Under the pieces are notes generated by a model. The model saw only the letters and a list, made by a program, of their open reading frames with translations. It did no database searches and had not been told where the DNA came from. A stretch of 64,000 nucleotides of DNA from Raillietiella orientalis (lineage: Eukaryota). Location: assembly GCA_036172245.1 (NCBI GenBank), contig JAYWIR010000009.1:992001-1056000 (forward strand). Reading direction: 5' to 3'. Both the position numbers and the translations under genes were made by a program. This document shows, piece by piece, positions 12,901 through 26,782 of this stretch. Numbering within the stretch: position 1 is the stretch's first letter; every line of letters begins with the position of its first letter.

Positions 12901-15900
12901 CACCAAGCAAGTGCAATTGGATGCATGTATTAGTAATTATTAGTATCACTGTTTTCTCAAACAAAAATATGCATATTTCAAAATTTTTTTTTTAGAAACA
13001 ACCCACATACATTACAAACATTGTCCTCACTCATACAGAATGTGTTGTCAATTAGTCACTTGCAAACCTAAATTAGCAAATTTGTTATATCTGCAACATG
13101 GTGCATCAGCTTTGAGGCTTTCATAGCCTTACAATAACTTACTGATGCAAATGATAAATATTTCTGTTTCTCCATTTGGCTTTTTGTATTCAGATTTGTG
13201 TTTTATGTTTCTTGGTATAGAATTTTGCTTCACCTCGCTAATATTTTATGTCCTAAATTCTAATGAATTAATGAAATCAAATAACATAAAGTCAATATCA
13301 ATTTGTATTTTGATAAATCAAGAGGAGTATCACTTTTATAACAGCTGATATTAAAATATGCAAAAAACATGCATTCTGTCAATTATTAAATCCTGTTTAA
13401 GCTGCTGATTAATGGGCTCTGCTAAAACTGAGGCCCTTTCTGAAGAGTGGTTAAATGTCTTTGTAAAATAGTTTTAACTTGTGTTCTATCAAATTTAAGC
13501 ACAAAACATAATTGCAGGAAACTGATGGCTTATTATTATTTTCTAGAAACAAAGGACATCACAGAAGTCATGCAAGTCAAAATTCTTGAAGTCCTTCATT
13601 GCACGTAATGAAATTTGAGAGCAAATTAAAATTTAATATGAAGTACAAAATTAAAAAGCAGTTTGCTCACCCGTTTAAAAGTTGGAGAGGCATCTTTTTT
13701 ATAGTGCTGATTGTCATTACATTCAGAGTTCTGAGAATCACCTGTTATTTGAAGACTAGGTAACACTTTTGGAGCATTCATTTTTCTAGAAACTTATCAT
13801 CACATTCATTTAATTAATATAACCTATTTATCAGTTAGTTTTTCTCAAAAATTTATTATCTTTTATAAATAAACATGAATGTATCAATGCAGATTTTTTT
13901 TTATTGTTAGCAGTTAATTAATCATCATTTATTTTAGAGTTTAGGCTTCACTTCTGAAATGATAAAATATTTCATGAGATGAGGAATTTTTCACTGGATT
14001 CTCCAGATTCCTAGGTTAATTAAAGTTCAGTTTAATCTTTCAAAAAAAGCACCAACGAAAAACAAACAGCACTTTTTATGTACTTGCTAACTTACTTAAA
14101 ACACAGCATCATTAACATTTAATTAGAAATTACCAAATACATACATACATATATATATATATATATTTGGTAATTCTTAAAGTAATTTTCTTTGCCAACA
14201 TTCCCTAACTTTCAGTTCGGGCTCATCACTTTATTTGCATTTAGTGTTCGTTGCTGACATTAATCCTACCTATTATGAAGTACATGAACATGACCTAAAA
14301 CAATCGTAATCATGCACCATATGATATACTAAATTCACTGAATATGTATAGATATCTTGGATAGTGCATTTCACAACACCGAAAATCAATATTTTCCCCA
14401 GATTTGTGTTTCGCATTTAACATCAACAGACTTTAATATGGGTAAGTTAAAAAAAAACAAATTCAACTTTTCAAAGTACGCACCATCAACTGCCATCCTT
14501 ACGCATTTGTTTCAAGAAACGGTTCGATGGTGACTTTCGTACAACCGTGTACAAAGCTGGCTGTCTCAGGCTGGGAAAAGCAAGATGCCCAACACTTTTG
14601 AAAATTATTTCCTCCGGAAGAAGGCAGGAAGCAGAAGATGTGAAGGGGAAAGGATCATCGTGGCACATCTGGCGTGTGTTTCTAGAAAAAGTGCCTGACA
14701 ATGATGTTATCGTACGATGGATACAAAAAAAAAAAAAAAAAAAGGAAAACGGAACAGCTTGCATCTTGCTTATCGATTGAAAAAACAGGAAATTCAGAAT
14801 TTGCTGCATTTGACGCGTGCTCCTGAGAGCTTAAATGAATTTCCCTTGATTTGTCATGAAAGCATCTTGCAGCTTTCTTTCGATCCCATCGCTGTCACTA
14901 TTAAATATCCTCACAGTACATAAGATGCTTGTAAAACTCGTACCTACCAAGATGAACACCGGGGGCGGCTGAAAGCTCAGCTCGAGATGAGTACCCATGC
15001 ACGCAGTTTGCCTATTTCGAATTTCCTTGGGAACGTGGAACATGAGATGATTAATGCACCTTTTAAGATGAAGAATTCCACTGTGCAGGCAAACCCGATT
15101 TATGTATCCTTATCTGATCCTTTTTCCTTCTGTCGACTGCATCATAACGGCTGAATCAAATTGGCTTTGGTTTCTAAAACTGTTACCCTCTAAAGATTCA
15201 TAACAACTTTGGCAATTAGTAATAATCAGCGAGGTTACTGGTCAACATGGTAAAGCATTGCTGAGTGTCTACGTGTTGCACTGAATGTCAGTAAGTTTGT
15301 TTCGACAATTCAAGCGTTTTTTTTTTTTATTTCCAGAATTCAATGTCATGCATTCCGAGGTCAAGAAAGTTTCTCGCCTACGATGTTATGGTGCAGACTA
15401 AAAGTTTTCAAGGAGTTTACATCTGATACACTCAAAATGCTCTGCTGCTTAAAAATCAAGCAACCCGATTCGGAATACATAAACCCTCTTCTCTTGATCC
15501 ATCATCACAAGAAGCTGAAATCAAAAAAGTGTATCATATCTAGAAGATTGAAGTGATTCAGGGGTTCATGTATGAGTTTCTACACTACAACGGGTTGCTC
15601 GATTGAAAGAACAAAGACCACAAAGTTAGACATATGCTTTCTTCGTGCAGGTTGCATGTGGTATGCAAACTGTAATTACTACGAAATTCACAAACAGTGA
15701 GATAATTAGTTGTCGATTTCTAGTCTACAGTAGTGCAAACAGAAATCAATGATATAAAGGCAATAAATAACAAATACGAACTATTGACTTTAAATTTAAC
15801 GTTTACTAGTAGATCGCTGTCTCAGATCTTCCAAAAAACTCAGCAAACTTACCCACAGTCAGTGTTGCACAGACACGACCTCCGTTACCAGTGAGAGCTG

Positions 15901-16199
15901 CTGATCACTGCACATTCTATTCTTTGTAGATTTGACCCGTTTTCTGTTTTTTTTTTTTTTTTGGTTTTTGTCAATGGAAAAGGTTGCCAGAATTGTAGCA
16001 ATTTGTTTTCATTTTGAACTAAGAGCAGCGGTAAATCAATGCAAAGAAGTGGAGTACCACGAATGAAGTTGGCAAATTGGATTTCTGATATCAGATGAAA
16101 ATAAAAAATCGGATAAATGAAGAAGTCCAGTAGTGATTTGCCAATCATTAGAGAAACATCCGTTCGAGAGTAGATTGCTTTATTGCTTTGATCCGAATG

Positions 16200-18200
16200 T
16201 TCTGCAGGATCGAAACCCGAAGGCGATTTCGAAACCTCAGAACAGCACTAGAAATGTTGGAATTGCAATTTTTTGTGTGGATTCGCCCTTGGGGATTTGA
16301 AGATTACGCTCGCAGTCATACATGGACTGCACTGATTTGTGCCATCAAGTTTTGAGTTTTAGGATGCATTTCCTTGTCCACTTAGGAAATGGGAAATCAA
16401 ATTTGGGAAACAGTAAGATCAGTTGCACTCCATCCTTCATTTCAAAACAGCGTGCAAACATTCCCAGAATCCAAAACTCTGTTTGGAATGTTGCGGCCAA
16501 ACTGCCAGTGAGTCTCTGGACAGCAAGGTGCGCTCCTCTCGGATTCCGCAGGCATACTTGTGAGTCAGGACAAGTGATCACGATAGGCAACCGATCTGCG
16601 GTGCACGATCAAAGCAAGCAGGGCACCTTTTTAAGGTCGCACCTGTGAAGTTGGAAGTGGCACCAAGTATTCGTTCTTCGTGTGCAATGCGGGGAAAATC
16701 CTATGCACTGGAGCAAAATTTATTTTTCGAGCAGCTCTTTCGTCAGTAACTCCAAAACGCCTTCACTTCGTGTCGATCGTGGCTGATGATAATCGATGCC
16801 GAAAGGGAAAACTTATTGATGGAATCTTTCTACCGCTAACTCCAAATCAGCTGGAAATGCTCTGACTTGGCGAAAGGAGATAACGACATAACTCAAATAA
16901 TTAAGGCTTGTCCAGATATCTGATTAAACGATTTTTCTTTAAAACAAAAAAAAAAGGCACCCTCTCTTCATTCTTCTCTTTAACTGAAGAGAAAAGAGCC
17001 ATCGACAGCTTCCTGCAATCTAAGTGCGATAGTAAGTAACTGACTGTTGCGGCGGCTTCGCTGCTATAATTTCTGGAGATGTGCTGCTTGCCAAGAAGCA
17101 CCTTGGAAGAACAACCTGACTCATTTTCTACTTGCAGTTTCTAATTGTGTTTCTAAGTTTTCTGAGGCACACCAGCCTATCCTAAAGGCGTTCCATCCTT
17201 CTTAATGTTGCACAGCATCACAGCAATTTTATGCTCGGGAAAGGGCATCGATCACTACTGCTTTCTCTCTTTTCGAGCACCGTGCAGATCTCTCATGAAT
17301 CAATTGAACCGCATGCTCAGTATCAGGTTTATGTGGAGTCCAATGACAGAACGAATCGTGGACGAAAGAGCAAGCAGGACCACGAATCGGGGATGAGAAT
17401 CCTGTGTCTTCGTGGAGATAGGCAAGGCAAAACTCTGTACGGAAAGAGCGTAGCGACTTTCGGAGGAGATGATCGGTTACAGTGATGCATCATCTTATGC
17501 CCCAGTAAATGTCCATTTCCAAGTACTTAGAAACTTGTACGGTTGATGTTATTCCTCTTTCTTCCTCGGGATCCTTGAACCTTGCCTTTACTGCTGCCTG
17601 GAATCCCTTCGTAGCAAACTAACGAGCCAGTCCAGGATATTTGCTCTCCTCCATTAGCTTCACGTCCTCGAATGCTGTGGAAGAAAGTTCGTGGAAGCGC
17701 TCTATGTCCAAGCTTCCCTCTCCCTGGAGAACCCAGTCTGGTTTCAACCTAGAATGACTGCCTGGAATTGTCTCGTCGGGGGCCGTCAGGTTGTCCTACG
17801 ACTCCTCTTACTCGGCCCATGGACCTCTCTTTGGTCATGGCACAAAAGGAGTGATGATGATGAGGTGTAGAGGTTCTTACCACGGTCTTCACCCAGGTTA
17901 CCTTCTACGTGATTCGTTCGTCTCAACTCCTGGCGCACGCACGTGCAGACGGTTCACTCGGACTGCACGAATGAATACGCAAGCCTCATGTACTCTCCAG
18001 TAGGCAGGAGATGTTCCCAAGCAGGGTGTTTGGCGTGGTCATCTGATGACTCAGCAGGTTTAATTCTTCTGTACTCTGAACCATGCGTAGTCTTTGAGAT
18101 GGCCTTTTCCCTCATGTGTGCGTCGATGGTGGAGCTCCCAAAAGTGATGGCAGGCTTCGTGCTCTGAATGGCCCAGGGCAGCGTTTCCCAAACTCTGTTC
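16200..18200 (+). mobile_element. Decayed BEL/Pao-like LTR retrotransposon pol remnant (fragment 1)
   Basis: Ordered weak motifs: ILKAFH (about 17178), YQVYVE (about 17321), RNase H-like MIGYSDASSYA (17469-17501), integrase zinc-finger-like YHGLHPGYLLRDSF...GARTCRRF (17878-17955). No LTRs identified; boundaries approximate. Confidence 0.35.
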
Positions 18201-18399
18201 CGCGAAAAGTCAATAAGCGTTCCACGAAAAAATTATGAAAATTTTTCCTAATTAAAATTTGAGAATACATGTTCGTTTTGTTTTCTTCACTCTTATATTT
18301 ACTTTAGTGATTTATTCATCATTAATATCTATCTACCCTATAAAATAACCAGGGTATCCAGTTAAAATCTCAGGATTTGTGAAATGTTACGTCATAGGA

Positions 18400-20500
18400 A
18401 GAGTTTGGGCAACGCTGGTCTAGGGAACTTTCATCCGCCTGGGGGTATGTCTGCCTATCGCCCAAATACATTTTTATTGCCGCTAGGCCGAGTCCATCTC
18501 CTTTCGGCTGAGCACGAGAATTCATGCTTCCCTGAGATCCTATCCTGATGGTGCCTCTTGCAGGTGCTTTTTGATTCCAGACCATTGTGTTTCATAGGAT
18601 AGGTACATGATGGTGTTATTTCACCCAAGTGCTATCGTCAAGCATTGTTTTAGCGTTATGGCATTGCTGCTTTTTGTCTTGGCAGAAACATTCGCTCTTC
18701 AAAGCAAAGGCGTGCAACTCGATCTGGATATGTACCTGCTCTGGGAGGTGTGCCATTCTACACTGACATTCCAAACAACGGCTGATCGAAGGGAACCTTC
18801 TGCGTAATAAAAAGCTGGACTTTGCTTCCTTACCTTTGTAATTGGTTGCTCAGTTAAATTCGCAAGGCATTGAGCACATCGGAGTTGGTCTCAGAACTGC
18901 GTTAGGATAGCGGAGAAATCGACCAAGAGACCTCTGAGGATCAAAGACGTGCGGGTTCTCTCGAAATGGAGTATTGATTCTGACGTAAGCGTCGATCCAA
19001 ATGCCCCAATATAATGTAGAACGAGGATCAATGTGGCTAAATGAGTCGATGCTGATAGAAGCAACAAGTTTCGAGTTAGCATCATTACACGCAGAAGATT
19101 CCAGGTTTGAGAACAAGCGCCAAGAGATGATGAATGTGAAGTGAAAGTCATGGAAATTCTTGGAACATTAATGAGAAAGCCAGAAACTTTTGGTGATATT
19201 TGTGGGAGAAGATTCGTATAGAGATGGAAAAACCGCTTGATGATGCAAAGGTTGCAACAGTACTTTTGGGTATGGACAGGTCAGGGAAGTAAACGGTGCA
19301 ATCCATTATGGAAACCGATCTTGCTAGAATCTTCTGTTTGGCTGCTAATATGGAAATGGAGACAGGCCAGATGGATTTCCTCGGTATTTGTACTCACAGA
19401 CGAAGTGCAATACCAAGAAGTGGCGTCCACCAATCTTGAAAGTGATTTTCCTCATTCTTCTTGGTTTCTTTGCTCCAAAGTGCTCACGCGGGTGCTTGTT
19501 GGAATTGACTGATAGCCCAGCTTTGAGGCATGAGCATTAAAACACTTGCAGGCTTTCGCGGAGTCGATCCAAGCTTCCACTGCCTTGTCTGAACCTGGGG
19601 CACGTGTGGACGGCTAGTGATGCTTTCTCTGAATCCACAGATTTCCAGTGCACCGTAGGATATCCCCTCGGGTCCAAGAGAGGAATCTTCCGAAGGCACT
19701 GCTATAGCACAAGCCGTATGCATCATTTCGTTCTTGAAATTTCACTCTCGTTTTCAACCAGCTGCGTAAAGTCAAAGAAAGGATGTGGTTTGATTTGCGT
19801 GTGACGGTCGATAAGACGAGGAGAAGGCGGAAACGCCATCTCCGAGTGTTCTCTGTAGGCTAGAAGAACTCGAATGTCTGATTCAGTCTAATCGAATGAT
19901 GCACGTTAACACACATGTAATAAACACTTGTGATTCCATAAGGACTTAACCGGATGTGTTGATGCTCCCATAATTTCGTATAGTTTTCGTCATTCTGTAG
20001 CGGAAGCTGAGATTTAGGCGTATACAGAAATCACCTTCTGTATACTCCAAGTGCCGCGCGATTGGTTGGATCCAAATCGGCTATCAGCTACCACAGCTTC
20101 TCATGAGACGGAGAGTTCCTGTCTTAATTTTCGGGTGTCACCCTTTGTTACTGGTTCTGCCTATAGGCGTGGAACACGTCCTTCATTAAACAGCGACGAT
20201 GTCCGGGAGCCATTGCTCACATCATTTCGATCCGAGTGCTCCAGCCGTCGGGAAAGCGGCATCCAATGGAAGGAAGGGATCCCTGAGTCTCTACTGATCT
20301 TAGTGGACAGCCATTATCCGGCTCTCTCCAAGTAAATCTCACGCCAGAAGATCCAGTTCCAGGGCTACGCTGTTGGAACGCTCTCCGGGAGATCCAGGAT
20401 GCCACACAAGTAACTATTAGAACATCAAGGACATAGTACCGGGAACACCTTCCGAGCCGCAGGAACATCAGGATATTTGAAATCTGACCCTTTTTCCTCC
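18400..20500 (+). mobile_element. Decayed BEL/Pao-like LTR retrotransposon pol remnant (fragment 2)
   Basis: Integrase-like RRGTRPSLNSDD (compare RRGxPxxIxSDN), SGIQWK (compare GIxWKF), NLTPE and *YREHLPS (compare WxxEYLxxL) in order at 20165-20460. Confidence 0.45.
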
Positions 20501-22620
20501 AACTGGACGCTACCCACTTCCCTCCTCTGTCCGATTGATGAAGCAGCAGAGTGCTCTTTTACCTGAAGAAATCAATACTAGTGTTTCTGCTCTCGCAATG
20601 CTCTCCGGAGTGCGGAGCATTTCTCAGCTTCTCGAGTGGCGGCGGCGATGACATCCTTTTCGCCTCGCCATAACAAACTCTCGAAAATTTTCCCCATCAA
20701 CTTTGCGTTGCAAGTCGAACTCTCGCCGGAATTCCAAAGGAGTCCCGAGAGCTCGTACAAATTCAATTCGGACCGCTACAGCCCTCGATCCTTCACTTCC
20801 ACTGTTGAGCTCATCATTACCTCCTCCTCAGTGTTCCTTCTGGAGCCTGCATCCAAGGGAAGAAACTCTCCTTTCCTTCCAGAACACTAACGATATAGTC
20901 AACAAAGGTGTAAACTGCTGCTGAGATCTCCAGCAGGGATCTGCATGACAGAGGGAAAGGATTCCAAGAGCTCTGTTTTCCAAGAATCCTGGAAAAAGAA
21001 GTTTCCCCTTAGGAAGCGAGATCGAATAAGGTAATGAAGTGGAACGAGGAGCTGCGATGGTCCCTTCACTGGCTCACGTTCCTCAGAAAGTGAGAACACT
21101 CTCAGTTTTTGAAGTAGACAACTAATTTGACCCATGAATCACTTCATTTACTTTTATTCGGGACTTAGAACTACAAATTATTATTTGAGTTGAATTTCAT
21201 CTCCTGCTTCAATCATCAGCAATCTTCGAAATCAATAAAGAACACAAATACTTCTGTTTCTTTACTTCACTTTCATCATAATGCATACAGATTTATATTT
21301 GTCTATCTCAAAAACTATCATTTGAGTGTTTATTTTAATATAAGATTGGTTTTCACCTTATTTTCACGATGTTTTCAGCATTGCCGATTTATTGTTTGAC
21401 GTATTTGAACATGTTTGATGCTTGAACTTCTGGAGAAAAATTGTCTGCCTACAATTTATTCCAAATGCAAAATAATTGAAAGCTGAAATAGCAGAAATCA
21501 GACCACTGAGAAGTGAATCTTAATTAGATGATGCTTTCAAATCTAAGCTTTGAAAATTGAACTTGATATTGTTTTGAATTTGTAACATCATTTTTCATTT
21601 GTAGTTTTGTTTCCTAAAGATTTCATTTTTTCGTTCCAATAAGATAGTTATTTAAATAAACGTCGCTTCAAAAATAAAAAGATGCCTCATAGGAAAAATG
21701 AATCCAAAGCTTTTTTTCGCTCCTAAGTGAGTTCCATTTTAGGGTTCGATTTGTAGTAGTTTTTGAATAAAAGTGCACACTTGGAAGCTTGTCCTGCAAT
21801 TAGCTTTTGTCTGATCAGTAATGGATTCATATGATCTGCATTCTCCGTATTACCATCAGAATTACTTCGTTTAAAAAGTCATGAAGAGTTATCTGATACT
21901 GTTCTTAATATGCTCGTTTTCTCTTATTATTATGCTCTTATTTTTATTCTTATTATGTTCGTTTTAATTCTTGCACTCTAAGAGATTCTTGAGTTTATGT
22001 TTCATAATTTATCCCATCACAATATTCTCTGTTTCTTCTTTGTGAAATGGGATGTTTCAAATGGAAGAATAGTTGAAATACGATGGAACGAAAGATTGAA
22101 ATAGTTCCACATAGTTATGTAGGAGCAGCTATGTATAACACATAATCATGTAATCGCACATTCAGTGTTCAGTGTTCAGGAATCAGTGTTCTCCATTATT
22201 CCACAGAGAAAAACATTCGTATTACTGGTTTATAATGAAGTTCCTTATGTCTCTTCAGATGAGTGCATGATACGCTTGTATTCCCTATTTCTGCATTTTC
22301 CATTTTTAAAAGAAGCATCATATGATTCAGAAATTCGGCTTTCTTGACTTCAATCACCTAAATACAGTCATTTTCATTTTTGCAGCACAGTTTCTTTTCA
22401 TTCAAAATGTTGTGTTTCTTTCTTTCTGGAATGTATATTTTTCTGGAAAATAATTTCTTTGAAATTGATATCATCTTCATAGAAAGAACTGAGTTATAGT
22501 TTGGTAACCATTTGCGTTGATCTGCTTTGATTTCAAATCCGGAATGCTATGTGAAGCTTTCGTTTGTAAACTGTTTTGCATGTGTAAATGTAAGGAACTT
22601 CCATCTCAGATGAAAAAGTA

Positions 22621-23296
22621 ATGGCCGATGACCTTGAACAAGTAAGATTTTTTGTGAGATGAACAGCAAAAGAGCTTTTCCATGTCCCTTCTAGGTACCT
22701 ATTGTTAATGTCGAAGAACCCTTAGATTTGGTTCGCCTGAGCTTGGATGAAAGGATTTACGTAAAGATGAGAAATGATCGTGAATTACGAGGGAAACTTC
22801 ATGTATTACATACAATTACTCATAATCGTTTTAGTTTGTGGTTGTGTTTGTTGTGAGAATCAACTGAATATCAATAGCCTTATACATGCATACATTACGT
22901 TGAAGTGCATATTGCTCACATTTTAATTGCCTACACACCAATTTAGCACGTGTAATTGTAACTGTAAGTGTTAAAATTGTTGTCAGTTTCGGAATACTAT
23001 AAAATTCAAATAAACTCTCTCATACCCTCGTAGCAAATGATGTTTGTACATATTTGTCTGGATATTCATACAGTTTGCACAAATTGGAAGTTACTCATTG
23101 TTCTCATCTTTTGAAGGCTTACGATCAGCATTTAAACATAATTCTGGGTGATGTGGAAGAAACTGTTACAACTGTTGAAATAGATGAGGAAACATATGAA
23201 GAAGTTTACAGAACTACAAGACGGGCTATACCTATGTTGTTTATCAGAGGTGATGGAGTTATACTTGTTTCACCACCAATGAGAGCAGGCTTATAG
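22621..23296 (+). CDS. LSM3: U6 snRNA-associated Sm-like protein LSm3 (exons 22621-22641, 22695-22802, 23117-23296; 102 aa)
   Basis: Spliced translation [102 protein letters not shown] matches the well-known LSm3 sequence (Sm1/Sm2 motifs); both introns GT-AG and phase 0. Confidence 0.97.
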
Positions 23297-23299
23297 TTA

Positions 23300-23305
23300 A
23301 ATAAA
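23300..23305 (+). promoter_or_regulatory. Candidate polyadenylation signal AATAAA of LSm3
   Basis: AATAAA 3 nt after the stop codon, followed by U/GU-rich sequence; a second AATAAA lies near 23604. Confidence 0.4.
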
Positions 23306-25055
23306 GTTTGCTTCTACTGATATTGAATTTTGTTTTCACTAACCCATGGTATGCTATTTGAAAATGCATTTGGTTGTGGTCCTGTTATTTCTAATTGTCT
23401 TCCAGATACTTTTGTGTTATTTGATGAGTGCTCCTTTCATGTTGTAGCATTAGGAAAAAAGAGTTACACACATTACTATTTGTTTCCTATGATAAATTAT
23501 AGGAAACAGTAGTACTGTATTTTTGTATGTAAAAGGGACACAAATGTATATGTGATTACTGTAATTTCACTGTTTAAAAGTTTTTACTTAGTATCAAAAG
23601 ATCAATAAATACTAAACTACACTTTTGTCCTTCAACAAATGAACAACTTTCAGTTTTTGCAAATATTTCTATTTGCAAACTGATTCTTCCTTATTTAGAA
23701 CTTTTTGGTTCTACACAGCAGTAACTGCTATTAAAATGAAATGTTTATAAAATTTCATGCAAGCAATCATTTCTCATAATCTTAATGAAATGCTTGAAAA
23801 TTCAATGGTTATTTTATCAAGAGCTCACTGAATAAATGTGGGCATTTATTATAATTCATATTATGTGTGTGATCTTTTCATGAAGCCACAGCTTTTAAAG
23901 TTAAGTATTCCTCTACATACATTTCATTCCATTATAATTTGCTGAAAATAAACATAACACAAGTGATAGGCTTTCATTCTCTCTACCCTGCAGAATACCA
24001 ATATGTGCTGAAGCATCAAATATATAACTATCTAAATAATGCTTTGTGGATTACTGCTACATATTTAGAAATGAAAATCTTAGTTGTCCAAGACTGGGCA
24101 GCTCACAATGAAATGCTTTATTTGCTGGTAGACTGCTACTTCATTTATAAAAGCAAAATGCTTGCTTTAAATGAAAATTATTCATGAGGATTTTGCATAC
24201 CCTACGTGATTACAGTAACGTTCTACATTAATCTGATATCTGTCATGCTTTAACAGAGATATTCGGGATACCTTTGGAATATGAAACTAACATCAACTGA
24301 GACAAATTGGTAATTTCTATATCAAGAAGAATTGCTGCTCCCTAATGGATGACATTTAATCGTAAACTGATGGGTGCGACAGGTGTGAAATAATCAAGAA
24401 ATACGTGACTTTGAAATATTATGCATGATTTTCGGCGGGGATGGTGGTCGGAATTTAATCTTTTAATCTTTTGCATTGCATATGTATGCAAAAAGATTAC
24501 GTGAAACGAACAGGGTCACACAGAGGACGGTTCACTGATGCGCATGGTCGCCCAATTACTGAGAAACACGAAACTGATGTCCTTTGATGAGTCTTTCTGC
24601 CCAATTTTCCATCTTTACGTGCTAGTATGCAAATGGCCAACTTGTGCAGGCAGCTGATGAGATTTTACCTATTGCAGACCGAATCAAACGAACACAGTGG
24701 AAAAATGAAAGGACCGCAATCAACCTTTTCGCATTTGCCATCAACTACCAAAGCAGTCCACAGTTTGGACTTTGGCTCCACCACACTTTCAACGTGATGC
24801 TGTAAATGCTTGTGATGCTGCCAGGATGTTGGCAGCTCCAGAAGCTGCAGACGTGGTCGGACCTCCTCCTCCTTACGTCCAAGGTGCGCCTCAGTTCTAC
24901 GAGCCATTCTACGGCTTTCTAGCAAACACGATCGCCTTGCAGTTTGCCTCCCGGCAAAGTTTCCTGAGGTGTCCCTTTAACTCAAGCTGCACATGCAGAT
25001 TCCACATGAAGTCCCGTCTTTCCCCTTGATGGACGTCGGGCAGCGGTAGAACTGT

Positions 25056-25243
25056 CTTCAATTGGTAGGTGGAACTTCCGGGTCGCGCAGAAGGTCCGTT
25101 AGCACATCCTTGGCAAACTTGGAGGACGGCAAACCACCGAGCACAGCATATGGGCGCACATTCTCATATTAACAGCATAACGGACTTCATGAATTTGCTT
25201 TCTACGCCATTTTTCGTTGACTTTTGGACATCTCGTACACTAA
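25056..25243. repeat. Local direct repeat, copy 1 (partner 26581-26782)
   Basis: About 154 bp core with about 9 mismatches counted by eye (CTTCAAT.GGTAGGTGGAACTTCCGGGTCGCGCAGAAGG...), then a looser tail ending CGTACACTAAA. Confidence 0.9.
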
Positions 25244-26580
25244 AAGATACGCCGTGAACGACTTCGTCAGTTACCGAAGTCCCAATCATTCCGATAAACT
25301 GACCACAGGGCGGAATGCACCTATTTTTCGACGGCATATAACATTGCAGTCAAATCAGCATGCTGTGATTATGATTCATTTTAAAATCACCTGAATAAAA
25401 CCGATACATAGGTCCGGTAGAGCTACTTGAACCCCCAAATAATATGAGAATGATAGAATAATATCCTCGTTTACATCGTTCGGTCTGATGCAATCTCTTT
25501 GCAACTTCATCACAGTCTAGACTTGCTTTGCTATCTGTACCGCAGTTGACACAGAGCCTACATTTCAACTGATTTTCCAAATGTCCACCAATCTCTTCAA
25601 TCAAGATTTGTGGGTTCCAATTTAAAAAAAAAAAAAAAAAATCAGTCTCGCTTCCCCCCTTTATGAACTTTTCCTTCTCCTATTTGCGCCCCAGAAACAC
25701 CTCATTAGGTCATCTATAGTCGTTTCGGCTGTTATCCAAAAGAGTTGAAGTTGTGCTTTTGCACGAGAAGTTCCTGAGACCTTTGGCGGATGGAATGAAC
25801 GCGGGAGGGAGCAAACCGCGTTACATTACATTATACATCACTTGGGATAGGGTGGAGTCAGCTTAAGGGGGCAAGCAAATCCCGTTTGCGAAACTATTAT
25901 CCCCATCATGTGGGGACAGAGGAAACTCATCCGTAGACAGACGTCACTCTGCAGATCCAATGTACCCACAAAAAAGGAAAGCAAAAAATGTCCGGTATAA
26001 AGCTGTTCACGCAGACGGATATATGTCAGATCAGAACTGTGGAGCAGCAATACCAACTGTGGCTATTTTCAGCACCTCCTGCTCTACTGCGTAAAGATTG
26101 CACCTGCCAATTACCACTGCCGATAAAAAAAAAAATGACATCTGCATCTGTGAGCAGCTGCAACTTTGCACTCCGGGATTCTTAGAAGGGTCTGTGAAAT
26201 CTTTTTCACCGAATGGATCAGTTCGGGAGATCTAAGCTCAACGCAAATAAGACACGTATGCAGAAAGCAAAGCATACCTATTTACTGCAGTTGACTTTGA
26301 GCATTCGCTAAAGCTTAAGCAGGTAAGTTTCAGTCGATGAGCCCAGCCTCCCACGTATGCATGCACACCATCACCTCCTCGGATCCCTATGCAGAGATTC
26401 TCTTCCTGCGGAAAAGGAGCATATGATGTCGTGTCCATCGGGATCCTGCACTAAGATGCTTTCAACCTCCAATGATAGGAACCAGTTCCTATGGCTTTCA
26501 CGATTATCGATTGATCTAAGAATCGAATACATTGCACGTCTACGCAGGTAACGACAGTGGCAGAATTGCCTTCAGCCCGA

Positions 26581-26782
26581 CTTCAATCGGTAGGTGGAAC
26601 TTCCGGGTCGCGCAGAAGGTCCGTCGGCACATCCTTGGCAAACTTGGACGACGGCAAACCACCGAACACAGCATATGGGCGCACATTCTCGTATTAACAG
26701 CATAACGGACTTGGTGAATTTGCTTTCTATGCCAAGAAGAAAAATCATTTTTCGTTACCTTTTGGGAACTCCGTACACTAAA
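26581..26782. repeat. Local direct repeat, copy 2 (partner 25056-25243)
   Basis: Same sequence and orientation, 1525 bp downstream of copy 1. Confidence 0.9.

Noticed and set aside
14128..14175. AATTACCAAATA / TATTTGGTAATT inverted repeat around a TA microsatellite as a MITE
   Set aside because: Too short, AT-rich, no TSD and no second copy in the window.
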